64,000 bases of DNA from assembly GCA_001179505.1 (NCBI GenBank), contig CDMY01000383.1, forward strand, positions 1-64,000, in the 5' to 3' direction. A model generated the notes under the pieces. The model made no database searches. It saw only the letters and a program-made list of their open reading frames with translations, and was not told where the DNA came from. Origin of the DNA: Vitrella brassicaformis CCMP3155 (lineage: Eukaryota; Protista; Chromerida). Of this stretch, positions 20,457-32,261 are shown piece after piece; within the stretch, counting starts at the first letter, position 1, and each line of letters starts with the position of its first letter. The translations under genes and the position numbers were made by a program.

Positions 20457-22299
20457 TTACCCATCCCCCGCAATGAGGCGATACTTGCTATTCCGCTCCC
20501 CCATCCGCCTCAGGATCTGTGTCATCCACACACACACACACACACGGACAAGTGAGTCGGCATATCCACTCGTGTGTTCCTGTTGCTCACCGCTTTCCAG
20601 AGTGCTGTGGGTTGCTCCGGCGATGGGTAGTTGCTGAGAAGTGTGTCCTTGTCGCACGCCGCCACATACCACACGCCCCGCTGCACCTCGCTCTCGAGCT
20701 GATTCGGGGCCTGCGTCAACCAACACAACCACCACCACGCCAACAGCCAGCAGCATGCAGCATGCAGCATGCAGACGGGTCTGTTGTTTGGTGCGTTGTG
20801 TATGATTGGCTTGGTACCCATGCGCAGTATCTGCGGAAGAACTTGAAGTCCGACGCCTCAGCCTTGCCGGTCTGCACACACACGGCACCCTCCCTGCGCA
20901 CCCACGTGTCTGGCTCTGCGCATTGTGGTGCCTGACCTGGATCATTTTGACACACTCCTCCACATCCCCGCCCACGTACACTTCATCGATGACCTTACGC
21001 GCGCCCCGGATGGTTCTGAAGGAACAGGTGCGTGTGCGTGGACACTCATCGTGTGTGTTGGTTGCGTGTACCCATGTGGGTGCATCATGATGAGCGCGTC
21101 ACCCATCAGACCCCGCCGACCCACATCGCCACCCATGTAAAGCGTCTGCAGCAGCGCACGTGAGCACAGAAATGAAGACGCCTTCTTTGTGCCATGCCGC
21201 TGCCCTGCCTACGCACGTTGGCATTGAAGACCTCCAGCCCCCGCTTCCCCTTGTCGTCTAGCGGGTCTTCCATCTCCCCGCTGCCGCCCGGAACACCCTG
21301 CTGCTCATCGGCCTCATCTTCACTGCCGGCCGCTCCGTCGTATGACACCCGCCTGACGCCCTTCATGAGCTCCCCTAATGTGAACTCGGTTGGCCTGTTG
21401 AGGATGATGCCGCACGTGTAAGGGGTGGAGTCGCCGTAGTCGGTGATGAACACCACCGCACGGTTGAAATACTGCTGGAAGGGGAACTTCCCAGGACTGA
21501 ACAGACAACAAACCAACACGCAGAGAGAGAGGAAACGGATCATCAGCACGTCACGCTCGCTCACCAGGCCAGCAGCAGGCACCCCTTCTCAGGCATCGGC
21601 AGCTCGTGCGCCCACGTTGGCCCACCGCCCATCATCGGCGTCGTCGCACCCTCCCACGTTCGCCCGAGTGACTCGACCTCCGTCCCATCCATGGGTTCGC
21701 CCTCCTCCAGCGCAGACAACAGCTCGCGAGCAGCGGCCTCTTCGTCATCGATCGTTTCGGGGGAGGGAGAGGGAGAGGGGGGCGGGGCAGTGGCTGCGGC
21801 AGTGGGTGGTGGAACTGCCATCTGTGTTTGTGTGTCGTTGCCAAACTCGAGACCGCCAGCGACCAGCCGAGCGCGGAAGGAGCGCCAGTCGTCGGTGTTG
21901 CTCTCGTCAGCAGCACTACAGAAGAACACACAAGTGACACAGGGAGTGAAGGAGAGGACTGCCAGTGCAACTGGTTGGCTCGCACCTGTCATCGCTGCTG
22001 ACAGCGTGGCGTCTTAGCCTCTGCAAAAGCCGCGAATCCACTCGGATGACTGAACGCTGCATAGACAGACGCAACACACATACACAGATGCCACGAGATA
22101 GATGCTCAGTGCATTGACCCACCTGGGAGACCGATTCATCTGCCTCGTGCCGCCTTGGAATTGGAGCAAACCGCCTTCTATCGAGCAGCCACGAAGGCCT
22201 GTATGACGGCACGAACGCCGAGCTCCACCCGAGCGATGACAGCATGAGCAGAAGGGACGAGATGGACAGATGAGATGCAATTGATGATAATAGTCCCAT
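20457..22299 (-). CDS. DUF179 (YqgE/AlgH-like) protein with plastid-type bipartite leader
   Basis: DWRSFRARLVA, PEKGCLLLA, YFNRAVVFI..GIILNRPT, YMGGDV, FKFFRRYCAW..QLESEVQRGVWY. N-terminus MGLLSS..LLLMLSSLGWSSAFVP is signal peptide plus AF motif. About 8 exons. Confidence 0.85.
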
Positions 22300-22562
22300 G
22301 ATCAGCAGATCCTTAGACAGCCGTGCACATTTGAGCAACGAATTGCGTTCCGAGATCTGCAAGCTCAAACTACAGCTCGCCTTGAAGCTAAGCTCGCCTC
22401 CGCGAGACCTCCCGTTTTCTGCGTTGAGCCTCTGCGTCACCCGCCAACCATCGTTTTCTGCAGCACCAGCTCGATCTGCAACTCCGTTCATCCCATTACT
22501 CATCGGCATTCTGATGCTGTCGAGGGAGGCATTATCGCGTTGATCATCAAGCTGCAGCGACG

Positions 22563-24481
22563 ATGAGGCGAGCGGCCATATGCCGGCGGCGACCAAGATG
22601 CAGCCCTTTCCTACCCTCGTGCGTTCTGCCACATCGGCAGTTTTCTTCTGCGTCCGGCCTGCATGGCTTGGACGCTTCCCAGCTCAAGATCATCCGCAAG
22701 GGCGGCGAACCGACGCCCCTGCCGCCCCTTGACACGCTGGTGTTCGGGCGGACGTTTAGTGACCACATGCTGGATGTGGACTGGGACGTCAACGAGGGTT
22801 GGAGGGCGCCTGTCATACGGCCGTTTCAGAACTTGAGCATCCACCCGGCTGCGTCCTCGCTGCACTACGCTCTGCAGGTAGATAGATGAGTGGCCATTCT
22901 GAGCGCAAGGGAGGCGGGACGTCTGTCTGTGGTTTGTGGCTTGTGTCTGATGTTCAGTGTTTTGATGGGATGAAAGCGTACAAGGACGACAGTGGGCGCA
23001 TCCGTATGTTTCGACCTGACATGAACGCCAGGAGGCTGCTGCTCTCAAGCCAACGCCTGGGACTGCCGGTAACAACACACACAGACACACACACACACCC
23101 CTCTCATGTCGATGTGTGTGTGTCTGCAGTCGTTTGACGAGCTTCAGTTGGTGGAGTGCATCAAGGCGCTGCTGAGTGTGGACAGCAGCCAGGTGCCGCA
23201 GAAGGACGGCTACTCAATGTACATCCGGCCCACGTCCATCGCCACGCAGCCTACGCTGGGCGTCGGGCCCCCATCGCAGACCAAGCTGTTCGTCATACTC
23301 AGTCCCGTGGGGCCCTACTATCCAACTGGTCAGTCAGTGACGCGGCAGAAGAATGGATAATGGCCATGTGTGTCGTGTGGGCATGTGTGTAGGGTTCAAG
23401 CCCGTCCAGCTCTTGGCTGATACGCATTACATTCGTGCGTGGCCTGGCGGAACCGGCGACCGCAAAGTTGGCGCGTAAGAATGGGGAAGACACCCAAACG
23501 CATCGATCGACAGATGCATGTGGCTTGTGCGTCCTTTCATTTCAGCAACTACGGCCCGACGATCCTGCCCCAGACGCTGGGAGCGAAGAAGGGCTATTCG
23601 CAGATGCTGTGGCTGTTCCCTGAGGGCGACGACTACCGGCTGACTGAGGTCGGCACCATGAACCTCTTCATCTTATGGAAAAACGAGCAGGGTACAAAGA
23701 TGCCATCAGACAAAGAGGCAGCAGAGAGAAGCCGAATTTGCCGGTGTGTGCTGTGCTGTTGGTGCGTTGGTTGCAGGAGAGAAGGAGCTCGTCACCGAGC
23801 CCCTAGGCGACCTGATCCTCCCTGGTGAGGTTACATGGCCCATCTGTGTCGATTCATTGAGCCGACATGTGGTCACCTCTTGGTGCAGGCGTGACGCGTG
23901 ATTCGATCATCAAGCTGGCGCAGAAGATGCACGACATCAAAGGTACGCGGGCGGGCGAGGCATGCACGACTGACTGAATTCTGATGTACCTGGCATGATG
24001 TGTGCTGCGCAGTGAGCGAGCGCCCTGTGTACATGAAGAAAGACTTCCTCAAGGCCGTCGCTGAGAAGAGGGTGGGTGAATGCGAGAGGAAACAAAGGCA
24101 TGCCGCCGCACTCACAGACGTCCTTGTTCTCTGGGTGTTACAGATTCTGGAGGTGTTCGGTGCTGGTACGGCGGCCGTGGTGTCGCCTGTGGATCGCATT
24201 GGCTTCGATGGTGTCGATTACCCCATACCCGTGGACCCTGACAACCCATCCGCTGGTGAGAATATCAGACACAAGTGAGATTGTCGTGATCGGTCTGGGT
24301 GTGTGTCTCTAATTGTGTGCAGGTATCGGTCCTCTGGCCAAGAAGCTGCTGAAAGAACTGAATGACATCCAGGTGACATGCAGCGGCGTGGGGCAAACGA
24401 GCAGGGAGGCAGTCATGGGTGTTTGTGTACGTCTGTGTGCAGTATGGTCGCGTCCCCCACGAGTGGTCCTGGCTGGTATAG
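22563..24481 (+). CDS. BCAT: Branched-chain amino acid aminotransferase (PLP class IV), likely mitochondrial
   Basis: [52 protein letters not shown] (PLP Lys), [38 protein letters not shown]. Arg-rich presequence. Confidence 0.95.
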
Positions 24482-24757
24482 CCCCGCGATGCATCCATGC
24501 ATCCACCCTCCCCGCCTCCTCTGTCCCACCTACCCAGCCCAACACACTGCTCTCGTGTTGGTGTCTTTGTTGTGTTGTCGTAGCGGCTAGCTGTACTGAC
24601 GACCAGCTACATCAGTGCGTGAGTGACTTTGTATGTTGTGGATGTCGTGAACACGGAGGCAAGACGTTGTAAGCATGGCCAGCCATCATTGACGTCACCC
24701 ATGATTCCATCCATCCGTCCTTTCATGCATGCGATGCGCCGGTCCACCGGCCCTTGA

Positions 24758-25129
24758 TCAGGGCGTCTTCCATATGCACACGCCCTGATCCATCCATGGA
24801 CAAGTACGCAACATCGATCTGGCTTGTGTCTCTTGCATACCATTTGTCCGAGATAGAAGTAGGCGTACATTTGCTGCTCGTGAGTCACATACGTCGAGAA
24901 GTTGCGCCCAACAACGACGTGCCATGTCTTCTCATAGTTTTCCTCAAATGCCTTCTTGATATAGGTCGCCACATCCTTCTCAGTGGCGCACACCTCCTGG
25001 GCTGCGTGCACAACCAATGCCATTCACAGGCCGTCTTCGTTGAATCTTGTTACCTTGCTGTGCCTTGGCGATTGCCAATTCGAGCATAGACGGGTCGATG
25101 TTGGCGCTTTTGACGACTGGCTTCGCCAT
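24758..25129 (-). CDS. DLC: Dynein light chain type 1 (LC8 family)
   Basis: 3 exons: MAKPVVKSANIDPSML.., EKDVATYIKKAFEENYEKTWHVVVGRNFSTYVTHE..YFYLGQM, GVCIWKTP*. Confidence 0.9.
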
Positions 25130-25215
25130 GCTTCCCCGGCTTGCTGAGACGGCAGGGCCCCCCGAGCTAAAGACCGGGGGCCCGTCTGTGCTTTGTGCGC
25201 GTCTCAGATTTGAAG

Positions 25216-26668
25216 ATGCTCTTCCACCCCGCTATGGTCACCAACCGTCCTCACCTGGTGGATGTGATGCCAGACATGAGCTGGCTCTGGAGGCCGCGAC
25301 GCCGCCGCTCTTCTTATCGCCGAATCAAGGATGATGTTGAGAGCGGCCTTCTCGCGTCTGCTCCTACCGCCGAGCTGTCAGTCGTCGTCACGGGCAGCAA
25401 TGCCGCTGCCGTCGATGAGGAGAATGTGCTGCCTCTCATCCTTCCGCATCTCCCTGTTGACGAACTGGTGACGGCCCGGGCGGTGAGCAAGGCCTATGGC
25501 ACAGACCTCGTGGACGAGGCCGCCTTCTTGCGGCGCATCGACTCATGTCTCACCCAGCAGAAGCTCACCGGCCTCATTGACGTGGAGAGGTACCGCACTA
25601 TCGACCTTCCCGAGTCCGTCTCCCGCCTCGACTACCTCTCTCGCTGCGCCTACGTCCTGGAGCAGGCAGGGCCATGGATGAATGCGCTCATCCGACTGGC
25701 GAGCGGCTCCCAGATGATTGATCAGCTGCCCCTGGTGCTGACGGCCGAGTCCGTGCTGGCGCTTGTGCCGGATAAGGCGACCTTCAATCAGCTGCCGGCA
25801 GCAATGGCCACCTACAATGCTATCGGCCCTCTCCTCTGCCGTGAGGATAGAGAGAACGGCACGACGACTACGATGGCGCTGCAGACAGGGGAGCGCGAGT
25901 CGGTCGAGCTTCACCCCAGCGCCTGCGCGCGAGGGTGCACCACCCTCATCTTCATGTTCTCCTACGTCGTCGCGATCCTCGGTTCTGCAGCGCTTGGTGT
26001 CATCCTGAACCCCGACCCTGACCGACAGATGCAGCAGCTGACGCTGGAAGACCGCTGTCAGTTGGTGCTCTTCGTGCTCGTGGTGTGGACACTCTGCCTC
26101 AGCCTCTGCATTGCGGCTTGTGCGTGCGAGGACTGGTACAGCGCACGCCGCCCAGTGCTGTGTGGCACCATCAACGGGCTGCGTTTCCGGACAGCCTTCA
26201 AGGAGGAGCTATCTCGGGGTCACCCATACCTGAAGACCTTCAGCGAGAGCGACCGCTCCATCCTTTACGTCACTCGCCCTGCATGCCCTGATGAAGGTGG
26301 CGGCGGAGCCGCTGACAGAGGTGGTCGACACGCAGCTGGAACGGAACGACACCCTCACCGACACCAGCACAGCGGAGGAGGATGTGATCGTCGTCGAGTG
26401 GCGAGAGGACGGGCTGGAGACGAGTGCGACCGACTGCAAACGGGCGATGGTCGTGGTGCTGCTGAACGAGGGGGGCGATGGGGCTGCGGTGGCTTCTCTG
26501 TCTTTTCTCGCACGGCGGAGGGTGGTGCTTGAGACAAGTGAGAGGGAGGTGGAGGTTGGGTGGACGCTGGACGAGCGCTTCCCCGTCACCATTCCTGCAA
26601 TGCGGCAGCTGCTGAGGCAATGGCGGCTCGAAGATGCAATACTGAGCACGACCCAGGGCACGACGTGA
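25216..26668 (+). CDS. Intronless lineage-expanded F-box-like family protein with a frameshift near 26255 (pseudogene or sequence error)
   Basis: LPLILPHLPVDELVTARAVSK..LRRIDSCL..LTGLIDVER. The family-like C-terminus PSFTSLALHAL..RFPVTIPAMRQLL is in a different frame (ORF 26291-26668). Confidence 0.6.
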
Positions 26669-28517
26669 GCGTGTGGGTGGATGTATGTTGACACCGACCG
26701 ATATAGCCAGCCGGCCGACTTGAGACGATACGTGCTCCAGATGAGTGATGGATCATGAAACCGATGTGCATCCTCCATCCACAATGCTTTTCATCATATG
26801 GGTATGGCTTCCTATCTGGCATCTGGTTGGTCCGGTTTGAGGTGGTGTGCCGTCAGAAGAGTTTCCACTCCTCGTTGAATCATTGAATAAACTCGGAAGT
26901 TGGGCAAGGCGTGTCCCCTGTAGTCCCCCATCCACACGACATGATGCACATGCATTCGCACACACCACACACGACACGAACCCTCAAGAAGAGGGTCGAA
27001 AAACTCGGCATGCAACTACCACGGACACTCACCAGCCGGCCAACCGGACCACACAAAGTGGGGTCGGCCATCGAAAGACTTTTCCTTTGGAGAGACACAC
27101 ACACACGCACACACACACGCACACACGCATGACACAGTGATCTCAGCTCTTCTGCGTGTTTCGGCCAGAAGCTGCCCCACCCACCCAGCCATCGCCACCC
27201 CCCGACCCATGCCCCCATGCTACGTCATCCGTCCACCACGTGCAGTGCAATGGCACGTACATCCATCCGTACACAATGCTGCTGCCTACTGCAGTGCGCC
27301 TACTTTTGGCAGCAAAAACTCATAAAAGAAAGACAACCAGACATTCAGACAGGCCTGCAGGAAAAGGGATGTGAAAAGAAAAACGGAAAGAAAATCGATC
27401 GCGATGCAAAAAGCGGACAGCCAGGCATGTAGATGAAAAAGCGATACGATCGACCACCACCCCACCCCACCCCACCACACCACACCTACACCCACACCTA
27501 CACGCAACATACCCGCCCCCCCGTTCGTGTCGCCTTCCTCCTTGCACGTCTGCAAGGCTGTACTTGTTTAGAGTACATATGTATTGCCCACCAAATACAG
27601 TATTGGGTGTCGATGCACATCCATCACGACAAGAGAGAGTATGACAAGGGAGATGGGAGGTGGTGGCACATATACGAATGAGGGCGACACGCCTAGACAT
27701 GGATGACCAGCGACCACCTACCACCTAGGAAAGATCCGTACTAATCAGACAGTCTAGTCAGTCGACCCGAGAGCAGAACCATCTGACGGCATGCGATTAG
27801 CGCACCGACAGAGTGGACGATACGAGACGAGATGAGTGTGTGTGTTTGTGTATGTGTGTGTGTATGCAGAGAAAGGGATCACACGTGAGCCTGTCCGTCT
27901 ATACGTACGATGTGTCTTCCTATGCTACGTACCCTACAACACAGAGAAAGGAAGGAGGGAGGGCGACCACGACCACGACCACACAGAAGCGACCTGCTTC
28001 GATAAAGACATGCACGTCGCGCACTCGCGAACACAGAAGAAAGGCGGCCCCCCCGTGTCTTCTCTCTCCCCTTTCTATCTCCCCTCCCTCCCTACAGACG
28101 GACCTACTGCACAAGATCGATCTATCGATACACTTCGGTACACTCAGAGAGCGTGGTTGTGCATGAGAGAGTGAGTGTGTGAGCCAAGTGCCAGCCCGGC
28201 CATGGTGAGTATCGACACGCGCACGAGGCGCCAATCAAGCACCCGACCCGACGGCCGGTGTGGTACACGTACACAAGCAAGCTACGTCGAGAAAGGAGTG
28301 AGTGGAGGGCACTTGCACCATGCATACAGACAAATGAGAACGTCAAAACTGGACGGAAAAAGGACAAGTGAGCCTGCCCTCTATCCATGATAGTCAGCCA
28401 CATGCATGCAATCCATGAGATGCAATCAACACACACATGAACCAACGAACGAACGAACCACCATCACATGCATCACCCACTCCCCCCATTGTATGCACAT
28501 GCATATGTACGACCCCG

Positions 28518-31500
28518 TCACGGGTGCGTCATGCTGACAATACCCCAGGTCTTCTCGGTTCCCGACTGGTTGACCTCCCTGACGTTCTGGGCCCACTCCA
28601 CGTGCCCGTCCCACAGCACGCCCGCCTCCTCGTCCTCGTCCATGTGCACGCCCCACGGCAGCGCACCCAACGCACCCAGCTGCCGCCGCCCCGTACCCGT
28701 GCCCAGGTGCCGACCGATGACATTGAGCGGGTGGGGCGAGCCCGGCGTCTCCTGCCTTGGCGGGATCTGCAGCGACGGCTCGGTGGTCTTCTCGGCCTCT
28801 GTGGGGCTCTCGATGACCACCCCACTGTCGGGCTTGCCGAGTGCGGTGTCGGTCTTGCAGTCGACCCCCGGGAGGGTGAGAGTGACTTGGGGGGAGCGGC
28901 CGGAGCGGCGGGCCGAAACAGGGGGCGAGAGGACGTGCAGGTGGGCCTCTGCGCAGCTGTCGAGCTCGATCTTGGCGTGCTTGTGGTGTGTGTGGTGCAC
29001 GGCCGAGTAGATGACGGCGTCGTGCAGCGAGAGGAAGCAGTGGTCGGCCGGCACAACCTTGAAGAACTCAGCACGATCTGAGCAACGACACGCAGAACAA
29101 TCGTCATCGGGGACCATGGAAGCTGTATGGTTTTGCGTGCCCACGTACCGAGGAAGTCTCTCATGGGTCCCTTCCAGTTGGCGAAGAGCAAGTCCATCTT
29201 TTGGTCCTGGAACCACTTGGCCAGTCGCTCGAGCATGCCCATGGACGTGGCGTCGAGCGAGTTGATGCCGCTACAGTCAATAATGACCGTGTGTGTGGCC
29301 ACATCCCCGTCCCCGCCCTCCTCCTCGTCCTTGGGCGGCCTGCGATCCGATTTGCTGCCGGTGGGCTTGATCATGGTCAGCAGCTTGCTCTCAAAAAATT
29401 CCGCGTTAGAAAAGTTAAGGTCGGCGTCGAAGCGGAAGATCTTGACGCCGGGGATCTCGCGCGCAGTGGGGAAACGCTCAATCTGACGAAAGCAAAACGG
29501 CACACATGGCCCTCGCTGCCTGCCATTGTTGTGATGGTATGTGTATTGGGCCATCCATACCTCCTGGTAGCTGGATGTGCCGGGGAGGCGGCCCAGGATG
29601 GTGGCGTTTGGCCGGGCGCTTTTCTTGAGGAGCCAGAGGAGCGAGAGGACGACCGCGACGATGATGCCCTCCATGGCCCCAAGGGTGGCGGTGACGAGGA
29701 AGCACGCCGCCCAGAGGTAGAAGTCGGGGTTCTTGAACTTCCACAGACGACGGCCCTCCTGGAAGTTGATCATGCCTGATGGAGGGAGACACAGACGTGG
29801 ACAGACCAAACATGCAGATCGCTCGTGTGTCGGACCGTCCGGTGTGTCACCCACAGTACCATATGTGCCGAAGAAGACGACGGACGCGAGCGCAGCGTAG
29901 GGGAGGTAGTAGAGCAGCGGGGTGATGAGCGAGAGGGTCAGGGCCACCACAGCGACGTTGGGCAGGGTGTGCAGGATGGTCTTGGCGCCGACAGATGAGA
30001 CCACCCCCACCCGCGAGACGGCGTTGGCCGCTGGGAAGCACTGGAACATGGAGCCCACCAGGTTGGTCATGCCGTACGCGAGCAACTCCTGCTCAGAGTC
30101 AATGCGGTACCTGCACACACCAACAACCATGGGCATGGGAAAAGGCCAACTGGTTGCCAATGCCTTGCCTTCCTCCCTGCCCCTGCCTGCACGTACCCGT
30201 GTTTCTTGCCGACAGTCTTCGCGACGGAAATGTGTATGATGTAGAACATGACAGCCAGGGGGATGGCCTGCTGAAACAGTTGCAGGAAGTGCGCCTTGAA
30301 GTGCGGCACGTCGGGTACGGGGAAGCCCTGCGGGATCTCGTGGAGGATCCTGAGGTTGAAGGGGGCCTCGTTGAGCTTGAACAGCCAGGTGAGGAAGGTG
30401 AAGAGGACCATGACGATCAGCTGCCCCGGCAGCGGGAACTTCTTGAAGTAGCGGCCGTTGATCCACTTGACGAGAAACAGGATGATCAGCCCACTGACAC
30501 CTGCCAACCACACACATACCGGGGAACTCGTGAATTGGTGGGTCGTGTGCCGTGTTCTGATCTGCGCGTGTGCGGGAGGGAGAGGGTACTGTCTGTCGTG
30601 TCTCGCTGCTATGTCTCTGTTCTGTGTTGAGTGAGACGGGCTGCTTACACATGGTGAATGCGGTCCAGTTGGTCTGGGGTATGTTGGTGAGGATGTGCCA
30701 CCACTGCTCCACCTCGAAGTCCGTCCGCGGCACCGGGAATCCAAACAGATCCTTCAGCTGAGACGTGCCGATCAGAAATGCAGCACCTGCACACACACAC
30801 ACACACACACACAACCATACGGATAGGTTGTCGCGATAGCACCTGCCTCTGTGTTTCTCTGCGTGGCTCACCGGTTGTGAATCCCGACAGGACGGGATCG
30901 GCGAGGAAGTCGGCCACCATGCCCACCCGCATCAGCCGCAGCACCATGTGAGACGCGCCCACACACACCGACAAACTGATCGTCACTGGTATTCGCTCCG
31001 TCAACGGGGCGTCCCAACTGATGGGGAGGGACACAAGCACACACAGACACAAAACAGATGTGCGGGTGGGTTGGTGGGTTGTGGACTTGGTTGTGCCGCC
31101 ATCGACTCACCCGATGACGTGTGCGACGGCCTCAGCGCATAGGATGGATTCGATGGCGGACGTGCCGATGGATGCGTGGTGGAAGGTGCCGAAGAGCATG
31201 TAGATGAGGGGCAGAAACAGTTGGTTGTACAGGCCGTACACGGGGGGCATGTTGGCCAGCAGCGAGTAGGACATGCCCATCGGGATGGCCATGATGCCCT
31301 CAGCAATACCTGGGTGTGGGAGAGCAAACAAGCAAACACGAAACCAGTGCGTTCTCTCCCCTTCCATCTCCCGTGTATGTGTGTGGGTTGATGTGATGTG
31401 TGACACGTACCTGCCGTGATGTCATCGCCGAGGAAGCCGGCCTTGTACTTGGTCACGAAACCCAGGATGGGGAGGAACCGCTCCACAGTCACCTCCTTGA

Positions 31501-31985
31501 TCTGACCACACGCACACGGACAGCGAGTGCCATCAGACGCGGATCCTCCCCCTCCCCCCTCTGTGCCCCCTCCCCCTCCTCCCTCCCTCCCAGCTCACCG
31601 ATTCCTTGGCGCACTCTGCAACATAGTGGTGCGGCTTGGTGGGGGTTGGCTTCTCCTCGAGCGTCTGGAGGAAGCTCTCCGTCCGCAGCGTGATGGTCTG
31701 CTTCTCCGAGTTGGCCTTGGCGTCCTTGATGCCCGCCTTCTTGTTGTCGCCCTCCCCTCCAACACCTGCCTGTCCGTTAGCCATGACCATCGAGCTGCTG
31801 CCGCTGGGGAGGGTGGACACCATCGAGCACGACACCGACGCACCGATGTTGGACGAGAAGGTCGTGGCGTTGCCGTCATCTGACGACTCGCAGGAGGCAT
31901 CTGTGACGTGTGAGGGGACTGGGGGAAGCCGCTGCACGCTGTACTTGTCCGCTGACGGGTCTGATGTCGGTTGCTGACCACCCAT
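28518..31985 (-). CDS. SLC26/SulP anion transporter with C-terminal STAS domain
   Basis: FLGDDITAGI..AIPMGMSYSLLANMPPVYGLY, FLADPVLSGFTTGAAFLIGTSQLK, YRIDSEQELLAYGMTNLVGSMFQCFP..SR, RPNATILGRLPGT, KIFRFDADLNFSN, VIIDCSGINSLDATSMGML, LFANWKGPMRD. Confidence 0.95.
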
Positions 31986-32261
31986 CGCTGGATCTCTGGC
32001 GCAAAACCGAGAGAGGGAGAGAGTAGAACCCCACAGCCGTTGAGAAGTTCCGTCAAACAAACACCCCCAAAACCCTACAGCCAAATCCTGCGGTTTGCGT
32101 TCTATGTAATGAATAATGGCCGTTTCAGCACAAAGGATGACAGGCATGCTGACTGGTCATCTCACCCACATACGCAGTCGATGGTTCTGATCCTGCTCTA
32201 GGCTCGTGTGGCCGCCGTGTGGCCGCAGTGAGTGCATGCTGTTCAGCGCTGCGTTCACGCC

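Noticed and set aside
22960-22985. BCAT FDG instead of the canonical FEG
   Set aside because: Conservative change with all other active-site motifs intact.
26700-28420. Long convergent intergenic region with many small ORFs
   Set aside because: The ORFs are translations of CA/GT/GGAT microsatellites (CVCVC, HTHT). No RNA gene or element recognised.
28529-30871. 780-aa ORF as a single-exon protein
   Set aside because: Fortuitous read-through of SLC26 exons and introns in changing register. The spliced model explains it.
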